Shown here piece by piece: positions 12,371 through 25,819 of a stretch of 64,000 nucleotides of DNA. Origin of the DNA: Thalia democratica. Its lineage: Eukaryota. The translations under genes were made by a program, and so were the position numbers. Within the stretch, counting starts at the first letter, position 1, and every line of letters starts with the position of its first letter. Where the stretch lies: positions 1 through 64,000 of the forward strand of contig CBDBBG010000103.1 in NCBI GenBank assembly GCA_965202585.1, given 5' to 3'. The notes beneath the pieces are model-generated. The model had not been told where the DNA came from. It ran no database searches and saw nothing but the letters and a program-made list of their open reading frames with translations.

Positions 12371-13614
12371 AGTAAAGAATATGTTCAAATTTCTTTCTTT
12401 TTACAAAAATTAATTTAAGTATAATTATTTGAACGTTTTCCTAGTGAAATATATCTTTTATAAAATTTCTTTCCACTTCAAATAACTTATTTTAATTTTA
12501 AGTAATATGTACGTTACTTAAAAAAATTAATAGTAGTAAAGTATTTCTTAACTGACATTGTTTAAATGTCTGTTTTATTTTATCTGTTTATTTTAAACTT
12601 ATTCTAATGTACTTTATTAGTTTCTAGAGTAAAACGGTTTTAAATTTTAATTAAGAAAAAAAGCCTAGAACTTTTTTCTGCTTTAAAGATAATAGTCACT
12701 TATTATTTTTTAAATTTTACATGTAATTCTGTATATTGAAATAAATTTGAGCAATTAAATACTGTTTTCTGTTTTATTATTTATAAAAATCCTTAACAAT
12801 AAATATAAGTTAATTTTTACATATAAATTTAAGTTATAAAGTTATCTTAAAGTTTTAAAAACACAAAAGTTACTTATTAAGAAGTTATATTTTTATTGAT
12901 GAATTATTAGAGTTATAATTCAAAGTTTTGCCCGATATTTATCAATATATGTTTTTTAATTCTATAATTCGCTAGCACTGATTTATGTTTTTTAGTTATT
13001 TATGATAAACTATACTAAAAATGTTAGTTTTCGTTAAAATTTAAACTAAGACAAAAATTACTATGGCTTGTTAGTTAAAAAAGCAAAACTAAGGTGCTAC
13101 ACTTAGCTTTTTTTTTCCTTTAAGCAAAATTAGCTTTTTTTTTCCTTTAAGCAAAATTAGCTTTTTTTTTCCTTTAAACGAAATATATATTAAAGTAGGA
13201 CGAGTAAGTATATATTAATTCTAAAACACAATTGCTATTTCTATAACAAAAAGATAGTATACTTAATTTATTCTAGTCTTGAATTATACATAGTTCACAA
13301 TCAGTAACTAATACTGATGCTTAATGGCTTATATTCACTTATTAAATTTTTTTGCTACAATTTATGAAAGCATGATTTATTTCTTTAGTGGGAAAATTTA
13401 TTGATTTATGAGGTCTTTTGTAGCTATATAGGCTTTTTTTATTCTTATATGATGTAATTATTAGTTTTACTTTTTAAAATAATTTTTTTAAATTGATTTT
13501 TAGATAGCTAATAGTCTTCACTATTTTTAAAAACTTAAGTTACACATCATTCTGAGTTATTTTTGTGCATAAGGCATATGAGTCAATAATGCACGAAGTA
13601 AACTATGCATTATA

Positions 13615-13953
13615 TCAACAAGTATATCTTTTGCACCGTAATGGGTCAGATATGCACGAAAACACTTTAAAACAAATTGTGAAATATGCACAAATAGTCA
13701 ATTTTCACGAAAAGTCACTTTTATACGAAGACAATTTTGCATGGCGTCACTTTTCACGAAGGGTCTTTTTTTTCATGAAAATAGTTTTGCTCGTGGAAAA
13801 GTGAACCTTCGTGAAAAGTGTCTTTGTGCTAAAATTTCCTTCGTGCCAAAGTGTTCTTGTGCAAAAGTGACTATTCGTTTATGTTTGACACTTTGTTTAA
13901 AAGTGTCTTTGTGCATATTTGACCAATTACCGTGCAAAAGATATACTTATTGC
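13615..13953. mobile_element. Same palindromic MITE in unit 2
   Basis: Orthologous copy of 3122..3463. Confidence 0.7.
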
Positions 13954-16900
13954 AACAAATATTGTCAACTATTAATTTAATATTCTAATAAAAATGAAGA
14001 TATTCAGTATAATATATTTCAAAAGAAATGAGTGGATCAAAACATTGTTTTGGCCATTTATTTTTTACTCCTATTATCTCTTTTAAATATATTACGGAAG
14101 CGTTAGAAATAACAAGCTTGATTGAAAAGCGGCAGTAGATAAATTATTTATAAGTAGTCTTGCTTTAAAATTCTAACTAATAATCTGGTTGCTGTTTTAT
14201 CGTTGATATTAGTACAGTATTGTAAAATATTGGTTCAAATTAATAACTTCTGTAGTAAATGTAAACTCCACTAGTTAAGGGGTAAGAAAATCGCAGCCTA
14301 TGGAGAGTTAATCAAAATGCATCTCATAAATGGTACAAACTCGTGCCCACGAAAATAACATCTCTGAATCTAAATCTAGATTTCCAGATATTTAAAATTA
14401 AGAGTATTAATAAATATAAGGGAAATTTCAAACCTACACCATATTTACTGAAGTTTGAAGCGGCAAACTAAATAAATAAAACTTTCAAAATTAGTTGAAC
14501 TATTTATTTTTTTACATTTAATGAAACTATCCTGCTTACCAAAAACTAAATTGACCCTCTGTCTGAAAACATTGCTCATCTATTTTCTAGAGTGTACTTA
14601 TATTAACCAAACATGCTGAGATGAAAGCAGGAGCCGGCAAACTGTGAATTGATACGGGTTAAAGTGCTTGCCGTGAGCTTGCCGTTTTTATTTCATATTA
14701 AATGCAGCCAACGAAAAGTTAAATACGGATTGCAACATGTAAATGTTCAAAAAAATTTACGAAGTAGTCAGGAATATAAAATTAATAGTATTTGACATTA
14801 GGTGCATCTTACGGGAAATTCATAACTTGCACTAGGTATTTCGAGTATGTTATGAAGAATAATAACAAAACTACGATTGATAGTTGCAAATATTATAATT
14901 TTCAAAATTTGATTTGTGAACATTATATGCCAGCTGACTTCTGGTTTTGAGTCTAAGAAGCAATGGTTATAAATAAAAAAATTAAAAAAGTTCTAAAAAA
15001 ACGGAAATTTTGTGATTGTTTTTAAAACAATAAATACAATTGATACTGAATTTAACACTTAAAAAGAGTTTTCATTATTACTATGTTTATTTAATTAAGA
15101 TTTTTATTTTAACAAACTAAAAAAAAGGTTCTATAAAATGTCCCCCAGACACTATGCAAAAGTTTAAACCTCAAAGTATCTATCAAATATTTTCGATAGT
15201 TTTGTTTGAGGTTGAAATGCTTCAAGCAACAAAACAGACGCTTTGTTTTACTTTATCTAAAATTATTTACTATTAAAACTTAAATTTATAAGTTGCTCTC
15301 ATAATTTTATGTTAGTATTAATAAACTGCTTAAAAGTTCACTTTTAAATTTACAATAAAGTTAAACATACTTTGTATAAGTTTATAGAGTTTTTATCCTA
15401 TTTAAATTTCGTTTATATTAGTTTATTGTAAGATACTAAAATATTAAGACATTTTGTTTAAAATTGTATTAAATAATGACTGTTTTTTTTAATTATAGAA
15501 CAACTTTTAATGTATATTAAATAAAATAGTAATTTAAATCAAAAACTAATTCTTTAATATGATCGATTTAAATAGTTTAAACCTCAAAGACAACTAATAA
15601 TAAAGAATGTTGAAATCTAAGGGGGGAATGCCCCGGAGTGGTGGTCACATTAGTGACCATGTAAAACCATTGTGAAGGTTTTTAGAGGGTAGCTTTGCTA
15701 CATCTGGACTGGTGGAGGGTTTATAACTAGTCAATGATAGGTATAAACTTGAGACTAAGACAATTTCAATCAATAAACAAAATGAAGACAACGCAATGTT
15801 AAATAATGGAACTATTAAGCTTTCAATACCAATAAATACAAATCTAGAAAATTAGTAAATTAGTCAAATATAAACTAAGTTGTGTAATAGTTTAAATTAG
15901 TATAAGCCCTAACTTAATTGTATATATCAGCAGTTAAAAATGTTATTTTATTTTAAACTAGAAATAAACTGCTGGGTTCCAATTCATTTATTTATAGCCA
16001 AATACAGAACTTTTGTTCCAATAAGCAGCAAATACAAAAAAATTAGTGAACTGCTTCTAATCTTAAAGCCAAATACAGAAGTTTTGTTTAAATATGCAGC
16101 AAATACAAATCAGTTAAGTGAACTGCTTCCAATCTCAATGCCAAGTCAACAACCAATAAGCAGTAAATTGACAGCAAGCTAATTATGAAAAAAAAGTTTT
16201 TCTCTAATGCATCAGGAATGATGCCTTTTGTACTTAATTACAAGTTATTTGCAATTTACAATTTTGTTGATTGATGACTGGTTGTTTAATTTCAAGTTGA
16301 TAATAAAGAAACTACTTATTATTACGGATGCATTACCAAAGCATTGCAAGGTGATAAAAAATACGTAGATAAAGAAATGATTATTCAAAGAGGGTAGAAG
16401 TTGATTGAAAACTAAACCAAATTTTAAGCTAAAAAAAGTATTGGTTTCAAGTTTTAAAAGCGAATCTTTTTTAAGCTTTAATCGAAATATTTCTTTTTTT
16501 TTTTACTTTAATCTGTGAAGATTTTCATATGGGAGATTTTTTACAATTAAATAAATAGGCAATATCAACATCATTAATATAATTTTTTGTTCAGTCTTGA
16601 TTTGTAAAAATTTTTGGAAATTTAAAACATTTGTTTTTTTTTCAAATTAGACACGTAGTGTATGTTTAGTTATTTAGTAGCAGTTGTCCTCTTCAGATCT
16701 ACCAAGTATACTTGGTTATTGTTTACTAGTTTTAACTTTTGATAATTAGTTGTCAAGTTCAGTGTAGTGTGCGTTTCTACATTTTCGTTTTTAGGCTACA
16801 TTTTCATTCTCGCAGACCACAGTTGGCTGTACCTGATGTAATCTAATTTTTTAGAGGTTTCTAAGCCTTAGAAAGGTTAGAATATTCAAGAATTATGTAA

Positions 16901-17174
16901 CTACTTTTTTAGCAAAGATGGTTTATCAAGGTTTAGGTAGAAAGTAAGTATTATATCCGTAAACTCTATTTTTTGTAACAAGTTCTTTATTTTAAAAGCA
17001 ATGGCCTAATGCAGTGAACAAATGTTAAATTAAAACATTTTATACACTTTCAAACTTAATTCTAACAAGAAGTTTATTTGTTAACTAAAGTATCAAAAAC
17101 TTCTAAAGAGCAGAAAATTACACCTTACTTTCTCAGGTTGACCCAAAGTTCTTGAGGAACAATTCATAATTGAA

Positions 17175-17710
17175 ATATATTTTTAACCCATATAAAATAA
17201 CAATGAATGTTTTACCATTTAAGTTTTAAAATATTTCCACCGCAAACCTTCAGAAACTTACTGCAGAAATTTAAATAAAACAATAGTTTTTTAAGTAAAA
17301 CATGAACTTTAGAAAACTACATAAGTAGTTAGATTGCTGTAAAAAACCAATTAACAAAACCAATTAATGTATTATTGATTTTAATTAATTTTATTTAATT
17401 TGTTTTAAAAGTATCCTTAGTTATTTTATTTACTTAAAAGTGTCTTTGTTCGTGTTAAACATTTTGTTTCGTTTTGTAATTTAAAATGTTTTTTTTTGTG
17501 TTTGTTAATTTTTTACATTAATTGATTTTTTGATTGGTTTTTTACAGCAATCTAATTACTTAAGTAGTTTTCTAAAGTTATTTTTTTTACTTAAAAAGCC
17601 ATTGTTCTATTTAAAATTTCTGCAGTAAGTTTCTGAAGATTTGCGGTAGAAATATTTTAAAACTTTAGTGGTAAAACATTGATTGTTATTTTATATAGGT
17701 AAAAAGTATA
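17175..17710. repeat. Foldback inverted repeat (~200-bp arms, ~140-bp T-rich spacer)
   Basis: 17515..17710 is a diverged reverse complement of 17175..17375 (e.g. CTTCAGAAACTTACTGCAGAAATTT vs AAATTTCTGCAGTAAGTTTCTGAAG). Confidence 0.9.
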
Positions 17711-19499
17711 GTAGACTTATGTTTTTAATGTTGAAATATAGTTGTTTTAAAATACCTAATTATAGATTAACCCCTATAACAAACTTTTTAAACAAATTTA
17801 AATACCAAATTGTTTTCCAGCTCGACCCAAAGTTCTGTAGGAACATTTTATAATTAAAATAAGCATCATATTTTTTAACAACTAATCGCAAAATATACCC
17901 CTAAAAATAATTTAAATTGAAAACGTATTAAAAATTTATTTTTAACTTTCACTCCAGGTCGACCAAAAATTCTTGAGGAACATTTTAAATTTTATAGTCG
18001 TGTTAGCAAATCTTATAATAATAAAAGAACTAAATTAAATTCAAATATTAAACAAAATTTAAAATGCTTACGATAAAGTTTATTGTGTTAGCAATCGACG
18101 ATTTATTATTTTTAAACTATACAATAACTATATCACCTTTAGGTTTTAATTTGAATGTTTTGCTTTTTCTTAACGTTACATAGATTTTTTGTTTACTTGT
18201 TCAAGATAAGGGATGGGCAGCGTACGGGCCCCGGAATGAAAATGTTTAGCAAACTAAGTGAAATCAAAAACTTAGTACGTGCTTTACCTAGCTATTTTAA
18301 GTTGATTATTGAGAAATAAGTATTCTAGTAACTTTTATTGTCATCTTGTTAGTTTACAGAACACAAGATTAGAATTTAAACACAACTTACTAGCCATTTG
18401 ATAAACATTACAAACCAAATTATAATTTAAAACTTTGCTTAAACATGTTAACTTTTAACTATATAAAACGTGTTTCTGTATCTGTATATCCTACAGTAAA
18501 ATATTTTCATCATCAGACGAATAAGCCTAAACTCTAAAACAGTACATACCAGTATTTTTATTGGATAAATTAGAGTTTTTATTGTATGTTTCTAAAAACA
18601 TTAGTCTGAAAGTTTAACAAACATTAAATTCAATTTAAAACTATATGGCTATTCTTCCAGTCATATTTTATAAGCATTCAAAATGTTATTATATCTTATA
18701 AATTTTCATCATTCAAGTAAGTTATAATACAATTTACATAAAAATAATGTAGAAATTTGGATAAAAAAATAAATAAAATTTTTAATAAACTATCTTAATA
18801 CACGCTTTTGAACATATAGCAAACTTTAAAATTATAAAATGTTCTAATTCGTAATAGAGATTAAATGAATGAGGTAGAGCTTTTTATTACCTAACACACA
18901 GTCTTTGTAAGTTTGTAAATTGAAAATTTTTAAAATATGAGTAATAAAACGAAAATAGTATATAAATTTCAACAAAGGTCGAACAAAGTACAAACTGTTT
19001 AAACTAATAGATTATAATGTCTTTCACCTTAAAAAATCATTAGTTATAGCAAGTCAATGCTAAATTTTCTTTATGCACTATAAATTGTTTACCCTAAAGT
19101 TTTGCTATGTAAGAAACTTTACCATTAAGAAGATTAATATATTAATAATTTACTTAAATGAGTATGTTAATTTTACTATTATTCTATTGTTTACACACAA
19201 CTTTAATATTTTTGCGTCCCAAGGTTATTCATACGAACATAAAAACAACGTGCAAAAATAGTTAAAGTAAAACCTAAAAAAACATTATAAAGCCTAACAT
19301 GTCAGTAGTTAATGATTTAAAATCCTAAGATGCGGACAAACCCGTTGGTTTATAAAGTTGATAATTTCAGTTTGTAATTATTTTAGTGCACAAAATGTTG
19401 TTATATCCACTTTTGACTAAATAGACAAGAAAATATCAAAAGTGCTTTTTAACTTGCGTAAAATATTTAATATTCTGTTAACCACTACAATAAAAAAGT

Positions 19500-20250
19500 T
19501 GTAAATATATTGAAGTCTAAAAAAACTACTACATATCTTATAAACTCAAACAAGATCTTTTAACAATTAAAATTTATTAATCTAAAAAGTACACATCAGC
19601 CATCTATAACAAAACAGATTGCTTGAAGTTATAATAATCAATAAATATTATTTTTTGTTGAAAATTGAGATCAAAAAAATTTAATTGTTAAGATTTTTTT
19701 TTTTTCATTTTCTTAGTCAGTGAAACTTGAACACACTCTATTTTGCCTAAAGATCGAATTTAAATTATGTTTTTTTTATTATACTAAAATATAAACAATC
19801 TACCAGTTAAAAAACTAAAGAATCTAACACAATTCAAAGAAAAAACAAGTAAAGAAAATCTCACAAACCTACTAAACACTAAAAACCCTAAAACCTTTAG
19901 TCCGACTACTAACTTGAAAAAAAAAACGTTTCATCAAAAAAAAATTAATTTAAGTTACAAAAATAATACTACTATCTTTTTTTAGAGAGATAAAATATAA
20001 ACTTTTATTATTTTTTAAAACAACTGTGGTTGAATTAAGTTTAAAACTTAATTTCAAGTTTAAACACATAGAACAGTTTTAAAGAAAAAAGAATTAAACG
20101 AAATTACCTAAATGTATAACAATTAGTCTAAGTAATTAAAACGACAATTTATATATTCACTATAAATTATACCAAAAATGACCTGTTTTGTTTTAAAGTT
20201 TTTAAAACTATTTAAACTAGTCTAATGAACACAAACTGAAAAAAACTAAA
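19500..20250 (+). repeat. Diverged paralogue of unit-1 segment ~7370..8080
   Basis: Shared anchors AAGTACACATCAG, CCTTTAGTCCGACTA(C/T)TAACTT and CTAAATGTATAACAATTAGTC in the same order. Confidence 0.75.
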
Positions 20251-20551
20251 AATAAAACCTGCACTTTAATAAAAATACTTATATTAATGTTGTTTTTTTC
20301 TTGTTTTCAAATAAAAACTATATAAGAAAGCTTAATTAAAAACAAAACTTATAACTTCAAAGCTTTCGAAAATCAAATATTTAAACTTTTAATTAATCTT
20401 CAAAAAGCCCTTTACTAACCAAAAAAGTTTGTTTTAAATCTAAATAACAAACAACATAATCATAATTATAAAACATAAACGAAAAAAGAAAAAAATCTAA
20501 TGTTCAAAGATGTTGAACTTCAAACATAACTACCATGAATTCAACTACCAC

Positions 20552-23500
20552 CTAAACTACATCCACCTGTTGAAGTTAAATTGTCTAAGTTGAGTAATTA
20601 ACTACTAATAAACAAAAAAAATCTACAATTAAACGACGTTACTAGCAAAATGCATAAACTATATCTAGCTTATATTTTTAAACGTCATTAATTTGCATTT
20701 CAGCTCAATTACTTTTCTTAACAAGAGTTTTCAAGTTGAGATTTGTTTAAGCGTTTGAAAAACAAATGATCAAAACCTTTTATGACTTATGAATACTGAT
20801 ACAACTGTGAAATAAGTAACAACCATGGATTTAAACAAATAAGTGCAAACTAGATAAACACAGGTAAACGTTTAGAAAACTGATTATAAAACAGGTGAAA
20901 GTTTCAAAGATTAATTATTAAGAAAAAACAAAACTTACCATCTCCCCCTTGATTTTTGCCAGCTCCTCCCTGAACGCTCCTGCCAAGGGTCGAAGCGTTC
21001 CAGTCTTGAACAGAACCTTCTTCAAAAGTTCAGCCTGAAATTGTTTACGAGTTTTATAAAACGATCACGAATGATATCATTGAATAACTATCAATTATTT
21101 TAGATTCATGAAAAACAAGGCAGCAAAACAAACCAGATCCGGGTTTATTTCGCGTGGCAACGTCAGCATCCTGGCCTCCTCAACTGCGGCCCTGATGTTC
21201 CTCGGGCGAGAGAAGAGCAACACGGCCACGAGTGCACTTGAGTACACGTCTACACTTGAAGTGAATGGGCTTGTGTGCTGTTTGGAACAAAAAAACGTTT
21301 AACATGTAATTGTATTAAGACAAACTTTTATGAAAAAAAATTGACTGTAAACTTTTTTTGGAACCAGTTATTAAAAAACGCTACAATTTATAATTACCTG
21401 ATCAAGAGGCGAGTAGAGTTCTGTGCCGACGAACATCTTCGGGTCAACAAAGACCAGACCGGTCGGCGAATTGTCACTGGTCGGCACTGTAAGTATTGAG
21501 CAACAGTTTATAAAATATATCCATACTTATTTAGTTTTCAAAAGTTTTACGTTTATACTGAAGTTTGTACTGTTAGCTATACCACGAATATATATAACTT
21601 TTTTTTGAGTAAATCTTTAAAAAGTGTAAAGGAACTAAGACGAAAAACATAATGTTTATAAAAAAAAACTCACTGGAACTCTGAGACTCTCCGAAATCTG
21701 AAAGCTTTACCTGATGGCGCTCATCCAGAAAGATGGTTTCCGGATTCACATTGCAGTGGACCATCAGGTGTTCCTCGTGGAGGTACTGCAGCGCATCGAG
21801 GATCTGGTAAAAATTTTTAAATTTTTTACTTAATGAACAAAAAGATTCTTTTTTCATAAAATATTGTAAACTAGCCTACCAAATTTTATATGTTGATTTT
21901 TTCGTTAGTTTATAACTTTATAGCTAAATACTTTAGTCAAATAGTCCTGAATTCTTCACAGTCTATATATAAAGTAGATTTAAGAATCATAATAATGTCT
22001 ACAAACAAAAGCTAATTAAAATATACAATGTTATTGTGAAAAAAAAGGTTTACTTATGTCATATTATCAAAACGAAGGTTATCATCTTTATCTGGCAGAT
22101 TTGATTTTAATTATAATCAGAACGAAACTTAGGTATTTCAGCTTTAAGTTCATAGCTTTTATTTTTCCAGTTAATGACAGTTTATACGTATCTAATTTTA
22201 CATACCTCGTCAACAACACGAAAATTTTCGTTAGGACACACAACCTCTGCCCCACTGTGTCCTGTAGTTCTTTTAAAAATTGTTTTGTTTGCGCTTTGAA
22301 ACTGGACAATACATATCTGCGAGGCTGAAGTAAAATTATTTTATAAGTTTTTTTTTGTTGACTAGTAACGAAAAAAGTTAAAAACCATGTCTCTATGGAA
22401 TATTCTTTATTCTACCGAATTTATACTTGTTCATGTTATGCTTAATTTCAATATTGTACTGTTTGATTGGTGAAAATACTAAAATTTCTATGAATGTACT
22501 TTTGTTTAATTTAAGGCTAAATTGGTACTAAAAAAACTTACATATTCAAATGATACAAAACAAAACATTTTATAACCACCTATATTTTAAAACGTGTGAA
22601 GTCTTTAGTAAAATATATTACAATATAATATATTTAGCATGAAATACTAAAATATAACTTAATGTTCAATGTAGGAAAAACTCTTTTACATTTTTACTAC
22701 GGGTAGCTAATCTTAGTTATGAAATTAGTTTAGAAGTACAGCTAAAAGAATAATTTTGTTAGTTGTAAGTTTTTTTTTCATTGACAGAAACATTTTACAA
22801 AAAACTCAAAAAAAAATTGTAACCTTTCACACTTCAGAATATATTTTGTCGTATATGAACAGTAGTTTTAAATAAACATTAAATTTTTTATTTATCTAGT
22901 ATTAATATAAAAAACTATTCATTTTGAATAAGACCAAATGAAAATTTTTATTATGAATACTATTCATATAAATAATCATAATTGTAAACTTCGCAGCCTA
23001 GACATTTTTGTCTCAGTTTGTCGACCCTTACTTTAAAGTGTTAAATAATTTAAATGTAAATAAGTTACATTAAGTTAAGAAAAACATAAAGTTTGGTTTA
23101 AACAATATGTGCTTAGATATTTTTTTGTCGATTAAATATTTTTGTGTAGTTATTTTTTCAATAATTTATTTATACAGATTTAGCACAGGAATCAATTCAA
23201 AACAAACTGAATATAATATATTTAAAAAGATAACTTATTGAAAATTTACAGTTACTCAGTTTCATCGCAAAACGGATTTTCAAGTGTGGTTCTTCAATAA
23301 AAAAAATCACAAAGCATGTTTATTCTAAAACTTTGGCTACACTTTTATCAATTTTTGCAGTTTGTCAGTTTAATAGATTTTTTATTGCAAAATCACAGTT
23401 TGAAAATCCGTTTTGCGGTGAACTGTAAATTTTGTAATACATTACGTGTATTTTTTTCGAAATAAGAAAGTAAATTAAATTTAAAAAATTAAACAAAGTA

Positions 23501-25819
23501 AAAGTTTATATCTAACGTATTTGTTGGCACTTCCTTTGCAAATCCAGAACAATTTCCTCGTCCAAACTGGTTGAAAGGAGATCTCTATAAAAAAATAAAG
23601 TTGAAATTGAAAAAATATATATAGAACAACTTAGACGTTTATTTTTGTGTTTGTATTGTCTAAAAAATTTGTCAAGTTTTTTAACTTTCTGGTTAAGCAG
23701 AACCTTTTAATCTTTAAACCTTTCAATTTCCATTTTGATTCATTCAAATTTAACATTGTTTATTACAAATACTATCTTTAATTTTAATTTGTAATAAAAA
23801 CAAAAGTGTAAATGTAATGTTGAATCTACACATTATTTAAAACTTGTTATAGTTACTATTAACTCGCTTTGTGATGAAAAACAAAAGTGTAAAATTTAAT
23901 TTTTTTCTTTGTTCATAACTAGTTAAGAACTTCAACTAACCTAAGCTTGTCATCAAAGCTCTCCCACATAACGTCCACGTATTTCAACACGTTTTTGTGG
24001 GAGAACTTCGAAGAATGAGAGACCTCCTTTTCAGCGGTCATCTTGTCGTAGCTTAAAATTAATTTTATTTTAAGCGATTCCATAACTTGTATGTTGCTTT
24101 TGATATTTTAAAACAAAATATGTAAAATAAGCATTTGTAAATATACTAGATACAACTTATCTGCTTAAGTAATATAAATAAACTTAAAATTGTTTAGAAA
24201 TCATTGAGTTATGAAATATTTCTTCTAGAAGAGTTTAACATAGATATAAAATTTAAAACTTTTCTTTACTATTAAACACTAACAAACGTTTTTATACAAC
24301 TTAACTTTTATAACAGTCAAGCAGTAGATTCTTTGAGAAAGCACTTTAACTTTGCACATTACAAATGCGATATTTATTTTGGTGAAAAAATATGAAACTT
24401 ACAGGTTGTTGATAGTTTTAAAGTTTATAACATATTTCCGTTCGTCTGGCTGGTAGACAGCCTTGACCATCGTACCAAACGCTCCCTAAAATAAATAAAA
24501 CATAGTATGTTATTTAGCAATTAGATTGTTTTAAATATGAGATATTTTATTGGCAAGATTTATAGGACTTTGTATAGCTTACGTTTATAACAGTTCAAAA
24601 AGTTAAAACTATTTTGATAAAGTTGTACGACTATCGAAATATAAAACAGTTTTATTATCACATTTCTATACACTTTTAGATTTTTTTAACAATTGCAAAG
24701 TTTTGTTTAAAAATCTAACCTCTCTTATCCCTTCCAAAAAGTTAAACTTTAAAATCTTTCTGTACTTAATTTCTACCATCTCCATCTTTTTCCCAGCCTT
24801 TTTCATTCGCAGATCTTGCTAAACAGACAAAATAACTTATTAAAATCCAACAGGCATTTGTTTTCTTTTCAAGATAAAAAAAGTTTAACTTCTATGAGTG
24901 TTAAAAACTAGAAATTTAGAAAAAAAAACCTTTTTATTAACTTTACACTTGCATTATTTTTTGTTTAAAGCTTGGTGTAGAACAAAAGCAATATTTTGGT
25001 TAAAAAGACCTAAAACAAAATGTATTTTGCAACATTACATAAACAGAATCTTTTCTATGTAAAACTGTCATGAAAACCCTACAAAGTCTTACAAATAAAA
25101 ACTTGTACTAACGAAAAGAAGAGCATAAAACGAAGTAGCAGTTTAAACAAAATCCAAATCTAATCACTTTATTAAGACCTTTGGATTTAAAAAATATGTT
25201 TATCGCTCACGCACGAGTACTAAAACAAAACCGCTAACTTTTACTTTTTGCTCTCTTTTACAGCGCCAACAGCACAAGAAGCCAACCAGGACACCCAACA
25301 TCAACAGGACACCCGCAGCAATTCCCACAGCGAGAACAATTGTCATTGTACCGTCACCACTTCCGTTTGCACACCGTCTCCTTCACCCTCTTCATCGTTC
25401 TTCTCCGCGCAGACCACTCTGTGAGGCCTGGGCAGAGGCCTGCAGCTCTTCAAAGTCTTGACGTTTGCACCCATAACCCTCACGAACTCAGCACATTTTG
25501 TACGGCTCCCTTCCTGGGGCAGCCGATAGTAGCCGTCCAAGCCTCCCTCCAACTCCCCGCTCCCGCTCAAGATCTTTCTCACTCCCTCCGATTCCACGCC
25601 CCTGAAATTCACCTCCGTCAAACCCTTTTCTCCACACAAATCGCCAGCTTGTTCCCCCGGTCCAACCACAAACAGCTTGACCTCCCCTGCGTCTTTAATA
25701 TTAATATAAACTATTATGAAGAATGTTCGGATATAAAAATCTAAATAGTTTACAAAAAAATATACCTACCTGTACATAAACCAAAATCAGTTCCAAAAAT
25801 AAACATAGTTAATCCAAAC
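20552..25819 (-). CDS. C-type-lectin-domain receptor pseudokinase (CTLD-TM-kinase fold), 12 recognisable exons, one frameshift between CTLD and TM
   Basis: Exons with AG/GT boundaries and matching phases: 25770-25819, 25245-25710, 24720-24818, 24403-24485, 23941-24051, 23517-23584, 22206-22324, 21674-21803, 21398-21486, 21134-21277, 20939-21034, 20552-20566. The translation gives CTLD (LCGEKG...GLDGYY...KCAEF...SCRP...VVC), TM (IVLAVGIAAGVLLMLGVLVGFLCCW), LEGIREGAFG, AEKEV...HKNVLKY, LQYLHEEHLMVHCNVNPETIFL, KLSDFG, GTELYSP, SVDVYSSAL and LLKKVLF...LRP. The start exon was not found; the first and last small exons are less certain. Confidence 0.85.

Larger units (their letters stand above)
10491..17375 (+). 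repeat. Tandem unit 2 (partial), ending at a foldback inversion
   Basis: Collinear with 1..~6920, then breaks into an inverted repeat. Confidence 0.9.

Noticed and set aside
18213-18320. hAT transposase C-terminal remnant (FSKLSEIKNLVR resembling FSKLKLIKNYLR) next to a GGGCCCCGG motif
   Set aside because: A match of about 12 residues in AT-rich DNA with no flanking transposase motifs; may be chance.
25340-25744. Plus-strand 134-aa ORF
   Set aside because: Antisense shadow of the GC-rich CTLD exon on the minus strand.
20552-25819. Calling the receptor an orthologue of Hydra Sweet Tooth or any named kinase
   Set aside because: No tyrosine-kinase motifs (HRDLAARN, P(I/V)KW) and only one CTLD seen; no gene symbol is supportable without a search.
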